Notes under the pieces: model-generated
The model's database searches: none
Told to the model about the DNA's origin: nothing
Seen by the model: only the letters and a program-made list of their open reading frames with translations
DNA from: Octopus sinensis
Taxonomy: Eukaryota
DNA length: 64,000 nucleotides
Direction: 5' to 3'
NCBI RefSeq assembly: GCF_006345805.1
Contig: NC_043001.1
Span: forward strand, 97,526,001-97,590,000
Translations under genes and position numbers: made by a program
Shown here: piece after piece, positions 55,203 through 64,000 of the stretch
Layout: each line of letters begins with the position of its first letter
How positions within the stretch are numbered: position 1 is the first letter of the stretch

Positions 55203-55864
55203 TGCGACTGTTTGTGCGTATACATCTTTTCGCGTGCGTGTATTTCACAAAAGAAAGGAAAAATAGGTATCGCGAAATTAGGCTTACATTTTCTTCGTGA
55301 AGGGATTAACCTTTAATTGAAGATAGAAAAAAACTAGATTACACGCATTCTGAAAAAATAAAAAAAATATCTAAAACAAAAAAACACGATAAGCATAAAA
55401 AAAATATAATCTACTTGCTCTTGTAAATATAATTTACTTGCTGTTGGACACTTCAAGATGAATGACAGTTGATGTTCGTTGACTATTCTGCCTTTCCTTA
55501 TAACCTATCATCTACTAATTATATTTGCTCTTTGTTAATGTCTGTGAATATATAATATATACATGCTCTCACGAAACATACGCTGACACCAAACATACAT
55601 ACATACGCATACATACACTTACAAGTATATATCTATAATATAACGTATAGGCATACTTTATATTCATGCTTTATATAAATATAATATATATATATTATAT
55701 ATATATATTACAACATATAATATTTATATCTATATTCATCTCTTTATCGATTATCACTTTCACACACACTCTCTCTCCTGCATTTATTTATATTGACAGA
55801 GAAGGGAGGAACGACAAGAGGGACAAAGAAAAATGTAACTCGATAATACTGTGAGACAGATGTA

Positions 55865-55895
<31 letters not shown>

Positions 55896-55918
55896 ATATA
55901 ATATATATATATTATATA

Positions 55919-55960
<42 letters not shown>

Positions 55961-57474
55961 CGAGAGAGAGGAGATTATTACGCTTGGAGAGTAAGATTAA
56001 TTATATTTTCTTCGTGCATGATATGATACGGTTTCGATCTGGAGTAGATTACAGACATTGCTATTTTGCCTGTATTATTAAGAAATATATAACAATTCGA
56101 GTGCAATAACACTGAGTCACATATAAATACAGAATGTAAAGCATTTTATTTCAACGATGAAATAGATTTGCCTTTGTATTCATCAGGTTTCTGTATTTGG
56201 TGTCCTCAATCACTACAATGATGTACTTTAGTCTTTTGAAAATGGCTGCTATCAATTTAAATATAGATTATCACGTGTTGTGATTTAATTCATTAATGCT
56301 TCGTAATTGATGAAGTCTTACGATTCTGAGATGGTTATTCGATTTCCAGTTGCTGAATATAGTTCTTTGAGTCAATTTGTATATGAGGGATTTGCCTACG
56401 GTTAACTTTATGCAGTTTTACATTATTAAGCTGGTTGGCGAATAATGTTTCGTAATACACACCGCAGTAATATCAGAAGCAACATGTAGATAACCTACAA
56501 TTAGATGTTTCCCAAAATGGAAACTATTATTCTATAAATTCTTTGCCAATTCCACATATTTGATACTACTTAATACACTGATGGGTGATAATATTTCAAA
56601 AGCATTTCAAAATTATTCTATCCACGGCAGCGACCATCCAGACATGCTTGATAGTTCTAAATCTCATAGCCGAAATTAAACAAATTGTCATAGCGAGTTG
56701 AGGTGACCTTAATATAATAAAAAGAAACCTATTCATACATATGAGCCTTCGAATTGTGGTCTGAGCTGTTAATAACAGCCAATTTGCACAAGCACTAAAA
56801 TTAGTGATTTACTAAAATCCGAGATAATACAGCCTTATATATGAGAGGAAAACATAGACAAGTCTGCAATGCTTTCCATCATATGTCTGCTTGAATACGT
56901 AGCATATTAAAAGAGTGAACTAATTATGCCGAAAGAAAAACGCAAGGTGTACAAGGGATTAATCTCTTCTATTCACTGATAGCAGCTCCCCAGTTCCTAA
57001 AAATATATTTGGGAATTTATCCTTACTTCACAAACAGTATACAATACAATTCCACGTGAAATGCTTCTCATTTATGTGATGAAAGTATGAATTAATATAC
57101 TTTTAACAATATAACATCTAATATTATCTCTCTAGTAAATGCACATTTGAATGTTAAAGGTCTTTGTAATAAATCGTCTTATATTGGCATATATATTCAA
57201 TCAGAAATTAATCGACTACAACGGAAATTTTTACTTCAGAATTGGAAAATCTAGCTATCAAGCGATGTATGACAATTCGCCCGGCTATAATTTTTATAGA
57301 GGAATATTTCTTGAACTATCACCGGCGTTCTTGTATTAAAAAGAAACAAACATTCATTGCAGAGAACGGATATCGTCTAGAGAAACAGAAGACATGTCTA
57401 GTTTACGCTAGATGTGAACCAAGTTTTTTTTTTCTAAACTATTACGTTACACATACAATATATAATATATATGT

Positions 57475-57528
<54 letters not shown>

Positions 57529-57539
57529 TATATATATAG

Positions 57540-57720
57540 AGGATAATATTTATTTGATATTTCAAAAAAAAGACGAGGACGAGTGTGTAAACAAACAGAC
57601 AGATGTATTAGTTTGACGCACGTGAAGAAGAAAGCCTATGATATTCGACAGAAAGGAACACAAAAATAAACAGAACAGAAAATAGAAAAATGTTTAGTGG
57701 CTAACGATCTGTCATGTGAA
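57540..57720 (-). mobile_element. copy of the 33440-33615 repeat with the hammerhead core eroded
   Basis: tgtattagttt(g/a)acgc..cagaaaggaacac..tggcta(a/g)cgatct(g/a)tcat is shared; between (TA)n tracts. Confidence 0.55.
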
Positions 57721-57782
57721 AAAAAACGAACGATATATAACACTAAATGATAGTCAGGTTGGCCCTGACATGTATATATGTC

Positions 57783-57823
<41 letters not shown>

Positions 57824-57838
57824 TTATATATTATATAT

Positions 57839-57907
<69 letters not shown>

Positions 57908-58129
57908 AAGATTTTATGATTATTTTTATAATTATAAAATTTTGAATAATTTTACCTATAAAGTTTATTTTAACGTACCGATCTACTTGGTGAAATTATC
58001 AATTAATTGATTTATTAATTAATTAATTTAATAACTAAATGTTACCCTTTTATTATTAATTTAAAATCATATAAATATATATTTATGTATGCCATGGTTT
58101 TCATCTGGCTATCATTTAGTGTTATGTAT

Positions 58130-58360
58130 CGTTCGTCACAATGCCTTTTCTCAGTTTATTGGGGCTTTCTTAATGTGCCTCATCACTGGGTAAGGTAAAT
58201 CAACAATTCCCGGAGAGAAATGCCCGAAGGTTTAAGCTGTCATCATTTACTACTGAGATTGCCTGGAGCAAAGGCACATGAAATATGTTGCTCAAGAACA
58301 CAACGCAATGCCCATCTTGGAATCGAAACTGTGGCCTCCCGAACTTGAGTATAAAACACT
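58130..58360 (-). mobile_element. decayed CORE-like SINE
   Basis: gttgctcaagaacacaacgca..ggaatcgaaac, as in 35105-35365. Confidence 0.55.
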
Positions 58361-58764
58361 ATCCATTAGAGATATTCTCCCTCATTCACAATCAAACCCA
58401 CATAAATATGTACATGCAAACACACGCACGCACACATACATATACATACACACATTCTGTATATACTTATATGAATATATACATTCACACACAGACACAC
58501 ACGAACACAGGCAGAAGCACATCATTATCATCATAATCATTAACAACAGAGCAATATATGATCAACCTGTTTATTCCAGTGATCGATAAGTGCAGCCAGT
58601 ATAATTAATATTGAATAACATCTCTTCCAAAGAACACGCAATCATATTACGTCGATGCACTAAGTGATCTAAATTCAAGTATGACACTTCCTCTGCAACA
58701 ATCTAATAATTTTTCTCTTTATATGTTTATATTTATATCTTCATCTATCCATTTATTTCTTGAA

Positions 58765-58972
58765 GTATGTATGTATGTATGTATGTATGTATGTATGTAT
58801 GCATGTATGTACGTATGTATCTATTATCTATGTATCTATCTATCTATCTATCTATATCTATCTATCTATCTATCTATCTAGTGTATGTTTCTATATGTCC
58901 ATGCGTACATAGGTACTCATACACCACACACCTATATAATATAGATAGATACATATTTCTATATATATATAT

Positions 58973-59022
<50 letters not shown>

Positions 59023-59026
59023 TAGC

Positions 59027-59064
<38 letters not shown>

Positions 59065-59297
59065 TAGATAGATAGATAGATAGATAAGATAGATAGATAG
59101 ATAGATATATGGATTAGATATATGCAGGTGTACAGAATATAAGTGTGACCACTATGATGTGCGTAGACGATTAAATCATTTGGCAAATGATCTTCAAAAC
59201 GCTAAGGTAGAGAGCGAACGGGTATTACACATTTATGTAGATAGAATGAGCTATTAAACAGAAACAAACACGCACACACACACACACAACACAACGC

Positions 59298-59360
<63 letters not shown>
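58765..59360. repeat. compound microsatellites (TATG)n/(TCTA)n/(GA)n/(GATA)n/(TA)n
   Basis: Read directly. Confidence 0.9.
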
Positions 59361-59363
<3 letters not shown>

Positions 59364-59560
59364 TAGGTGAATGATTATCCTATGTTTATCGTCAGCATGG
59401 AAAATTCGTTTAACCGAAACCTGGGGGCAGATTCACGTCAGAGAACCCGGGTTGAAGCGACCTGTCAAGGGTAGAGAACCCGGGGTTCATGTGTAGAAAT
59501 GTGTGGTGTTGAATATGAATAATGAAAGAATGGAGTCGAATGAAGATGTTTAACAAAATT

Positions 59561-59654
59561 CCTTTACTCTCGACACATGTTCGAAGACAGCATATTTTCA
59601 TTCCGAAGGAATAAGGGTGTGCATTATGCAATCTTCTCATCAGGAAAGAAAAGG
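59561..59654 (-). ncRNA. type I hammerhead ribozyme motif in the 3' pseudo-LTR of the Penelope-like element
   Basis: Minus strand ccttttCTTTC-CTGATGA-GAAGA..TCTTC-GAA(-)CATGT-GTC-GAGAGtaaagg; stem I extends about 11 bp; GUC site; one A of GAAA is missing here but present in the inverted copy at about 61680. Confidence 0.7.
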
Positions 59655-60111
59655 AGCCTCTCTCAACAACAAGACAACCAAAAATGTCGATGATTGCCTA
59701 CATGGTAACCAAAGCGATAATGAGTGTATTTAAAAAAAAATCCGTTATAAGCATTGACGTCGCAAATGGATAGTAGGAGGAAGTAAAAATAGGTAGGGGA
59801 TAGTATGTTTGCTGTGTGTATGGAAATGTGTGGGTGAGTGCTTGTGTTAATGAGTGCGTGTGTTTGTGTGTTTGTGTGTTTGTGTATGTGTGTGTGTATA
59901 TAACTGCATTTGTGATGTGCGTGTGATTGTGTGTGTGAGAGAGAGAGAGAGACAAAGATAGGTAGCAGCAAGGGAAGATATAAAGGAGTAATAGGTAGGG
60001 AAGGGGAAATGTACGTTGATTGAAAGAATTTTTGGAGGCTTAGGAAAGAATTTCTCTATAGCAGTGGTGTGGACGTGAAGCTAATTTTTAAAACCACAGT
60101 GACTATCGTTA

Positions 60112-61653
60112 TCGTTTATATGAGTAGAAAGTGTGTTTCTGCCAATGTCTACATTTGTACGATTTTTCTATGAGTGTGTTTACTAGGGGAACCTTAGCGA
60201 ATAGAATATGGAAGAGCTCGGAGTTACAAATGTTACAAAATCTCATCCCCTTATCAAAAGGAAAGGATATCGACAATATGAACCAATCCAACTTGAAAGT
60301 TATATTGTTGTCTTTAAGACGCCAAACTAACTTACTTAGCCCTGTACTATGTCGTTTTTTCCTATCTCTGAATGTCGAATAGTGGTTAGAGATTCTCTTG
60401 GATAACTGAGAAGTGGACGCTCTTATATAGAAGAAGACATCGGTACCGGAAGAAATTCTACACTGGTAAATGGAATTCTTAATTTTGGAATTACTAGACA
60501 AAAATTTTATTCTGTTAGGGTTGTCCTCCGAGATCGAGACGAAGTTTTTATTGTTATGATTGTTGTTTCTATTATTATTAGCGCTAACAGCTACACTATT
60601 TATATTATTATTAGTATTAGTAATTGTACTACAACCAGCAATATCACCGACCATAATAGCGTTATTGTTGTTACCATCAACACTGCCAATGTTATTAACA
60701 TGACTAATACTATTATTAATATTATCATTGTTGACACTATCGCTGCTACCAATGCTGCTCCTATTAATACTATTTCCATTATTATGATTGTATTATGGGT
60801 TGGAATTGGTGAGATTAGTGTTGGAACTCCTGGGTGAAGAATCTTTGTTTAGCAGCTTGGTATTTGGGAAGATATAATTTGTGAAAGATTCCTAGTGTTA
60901 GAGAAAGCGATTCTTACCTTGTGTGAATTGATAATAGAATGATATCTAGAATTTCTGGGAAAGTTCCTATCAACGGTTTCACGGAACTGTAAGGGAAGGT
61001 TCGATTTAATTTGTTTTCCGAAAGGTATTACAAACCAGATACAGTTTTTTGTGGACTTTGAATTGTTCTTAGTGTTATTTGTGATAGTAAGGGGAAAATT
61101 TCTGTGTTGGAAATTTGGGGTTGCATGGCGCTTACCTCCCCTAGTCCGTAAAGAATTTATTTTATGTACAGAGGTACTGGCCCTATTAGAATTGAAATCA
61201 TTATTCCTATTACTAGTAACTTTACTATCCTGAGAAGAAGATGTTGGTTTAGAATGAGCTGGGTCGATGTAAGACACTTTTTCCTTATAACCGGCTCTAG
61301 ACAAGGCGGCGTTATAGAATTCTGCTTTTTGGTTAAAGATGTCGACATTAGCAGATAATTTGGACAGTCTCAGAGATATGTTTTTAACTAAATTATCGGT
61401 AATTGGCTTGGCATGATTACTGAAAATACTGATATACTTAAGATTAGTGGAAGGTTTATGATAAGGGAAGTATGAGTTATTCTGCAGATTGAGGGTAATG
61501 TCCAAGAAGTTGGCTTTAGTTCATTCATCGTCAAAAAATATGCGCAAGCCCATTCTACTGAAAAACCTAACTAATCTATTCTTAACCTTCTGTATTTTGG
61601 GTGTTTTTTGTATTTTTTGGTTCGAAACGTTTTGGAGGTAAAGCAGACAATCC
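60112..61653 (-). mobile_element. 5'-truncated Penelope-like retroelement (RT C-terminus/thumb, linker, GIY-YIG endonuclease), disrupted
   Basis: NFLDITLNL..YFPYHKPS..YISIFSNHAK..CIWFVIPFG..NSHKVRIAFSN (ORF 60849..61505); frameshift restores SHNTKLL; SIYQC..FYIRAST..KRISNHYSTF..LSKLVWRLKD..CNICNSE..KCRHWQK (ORF 60109..60654); one internal stop. Confidence 0.92.
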
Positions 61654-61749
61654 TTCGGAATGAAAATATGCTGTCGTCGAAACATGTGTCGAGAGTAAAG
61701 GAATTTTGTTAGCATCTTCGTTCGACTCCATTCTTTCATTTATTCATAT
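61651..61749 (+). repeat. inverted partial copy of the PLE 3' pseudo-LTR (matches 59513-59610)
   Basis: tccttcggaatgaaaatatgctgtc..tcgagagtaaaggaattttgtta..cgactccattctttcat..tattcatat is the reverse complement of 59513-59610. Confidence 0.9.
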
Positions 61750-61789
61750 ATATATATTATAGATATTCTTTTATTTGTTTCTATTTTTT

Positions 61790-62095
61790 TCAGTCATCTG
61801 ACTGCGTATATACTGGAGAACTGAAGAACTCGACCCCAGAACTTATTCTTTGTAAGCTTACTACTTATGGTATCGGTTACTTTTGCCGCGTCGCTAGGTC
61901 ACGGGAACATAAACACACAAACATCAGTTACCAAGCGATGGTGTGGGGAAAAACACAGACACAACACACAGACGCACACACATGCACACACGTAATATAT
62001 ACCCACAGATACACACAATTTACTTCTACCAAATCCACAAACAAGATACTTGACCAACGTTCCACGCAGTGGGAACGAACAGCTACGCCTGCACC
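61790..62095 (-). mobile_element. decayed family-A SINE
   Basis: cagtcatctgactgcg tail, gaccccagaacttattctttgtaagc, ccacgcagtgggaacgaac head. Confidence 0.7.
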
Positions 62096-64000
62096 TCTGT
62101 ATAATGTATGCACATACGAACACAAGCACAGATGCAAACACAGACACGCGCACACCACGTGAAATTAAAATATTCTCTGAGTTTATTTTTTTGAAATTTT
62201 TGATTTTTTTTATATAGTTACGTATTTTGTGATTTTCTCCAAAATATCCCAAAGATAAATGTTCATATATTGGTGGTAGTGGCAGTTGGTAATTACTTTT
62301 ATTACATCTGTTCCCGTGGATGATTAAGTGAATATTTTTATAGCAACAAATATATATAAATGGACTTGCTCTATTATTAAAGGCTGGTAACGCCTCCAGT
62401 ATGCCTCTCGTTTTTGAGTAAATGCTATTTCGAAATATAACTCTAATTAATATTATAGCTCATTAAGGAATGCTTTGCTGTTTTCGATGAAACACTTGTT
62501 AAGCTCTTCTATCACGTTCGCTTTATTCACAATGTTTATGAAAGGAGATAGTAACATTTTATGCAGTATGTTTCCAAAGGATTCCAAGAAAGTGTATACT
62601 TTCTCAGCGTGACTCAAATTTGCTGCCAGTGTATTCATGTTCGCAATCGTCGTCATTCTCTTCGCTGCTGTAGGGCGTTGATGACAGTGACTATAAAATT
62701 CGAATTCTTCCTTCGAATGATATTATAACGTTACTTCGCTCTCATTCATTTTCATAGAATTTTCTTATCAGAGATATTTGGGTGATGGCCACTCGATGAC
62801 CACTTGGCTCACAAGGAACCACCTTTCGCAAGTCTCATCCTTAGTTCTACTGAGTTTCCAGATACTCTCCTCACAACAGTACCAAGGGATTCAAGTGTGT
62901 ATGTGATGGTGGGTGGGGGTCGCTGATAATTCATTCACGTAACAGTTTGTACTCATTTACATTATATTAATAACAGGTCTGACCTTATTTTAATTCACGT
63001 GGTTACTATAATATGTTCCCAACCAGACCAGTTGGTCCAACTACTTGTTACAGCTGTATAGATTTCTGCTCTTACAATTTATATTTGCATTAGTATTTTC
63101 CTCTTCATTTCCGTTGATATAATAACCGAAATATACATTTGACATATCCTGTGTAATTACATACTGTGAAGAATTTATCGTAGCTATTTAGATTAAGTGT
63201 GCTTTTGTAAGGTTTTCTTTTGTCATTTGATTTGATAAAGTGCTCGTTTACTCGTTATCTGTTGCATATATGTACATCTGTATTCATCGCTTCTTATAGG
63301 CCTTACACAAGTAACTGAGATTACCTCGACGGTGATTAACATTTTTACGCATTATAAAAATGTAATATCACGCACTTGCTCAGTATTTCAAAACTCCAAT
63401 CTTTAGATGTACTTAGAAAACATGTCACTTTTGTGAATGAAAAATATATCAACTACGCGGTTAATAAAACATTTTTTCACATATTTGAATATAGGTAATG
63501 CAATCGCTCCATTTGCAAACGGAGCTGAAATTTCTTTGAAAAAAATACCTAATTTCTTAGGGAAATATTTAGGAATGACACAGCGCTGTAGCACGTGAAT
63601 AACTGTGCCTTTGAAACGGTTTAAACAACTGTAATTCCTTTGAAGTGAATCCGATTAGGACTGAAAATAGCAATAAGCATTGAATTTCCACAAGATATCA
63701 AGATATTTTTAGACGCGTCAACAGATGTGCACGTATTAATATAACATACAGTAGAGTTTTAAAATATAAATCTTAACTAAAATGGCTCTCTTTTAATGAA
63801 ATATAAGCTATCATCTTTCCAATATTATACCATGAGAAAAATATATCTTAAACGGCCTCTGCTGAAACATATTAAGTGTTGTATTAAATATGACGCAGAT
63901 TTTGCGATACGTAAAACAAAGCAATTCTACTACAATAAAATATAAAACATCGTTTACTTCTGCTCTCAGAATGAATGCAGTTAGATTTTATTATCATCGT

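Noticed and set aside
62453-63594. ORFs 62453..62656 and 63403..63594, and the short palindrome gctccatttgcaaacggagc
   Set aside because: No family similarity recognised; one 20-bp palindrome is not informative.

Overview
AT-rich eukaryotic DNA saturated with microsatellites ((TA)n, (CA)n, (TCTA)n, (TATG)n, (TTA)n). The SINE families and composition resemble what I know of octopus genomes (inference, not checked). I find no intact host protein-coding gene: most supplied ORFs are microsatellite or SINE artefacts, and the rest are transposon remnants. Supported content: a frameshifted CR1-type LINE 3' end; three R4/Dong-type (RLE endonuclease) LINE pieces in or next to (TAA)n tracts; two Penelope-like elements (RT/GIY-YIG) with inverted segments; mariner and maT-like remnants; two non-autonomous Helitrons; several foldback/MITE elements; and many tRNA-derived SINEs. 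The most interesting layer is RNA structure. Eight or nine type I hammerhead-ribozyme-like motifs from about five short repeat families occur here, mostly with core mutations. A 3' stem-loop is also shared, with compensatory changes, between the CR1 LINE and the commonest SINE.
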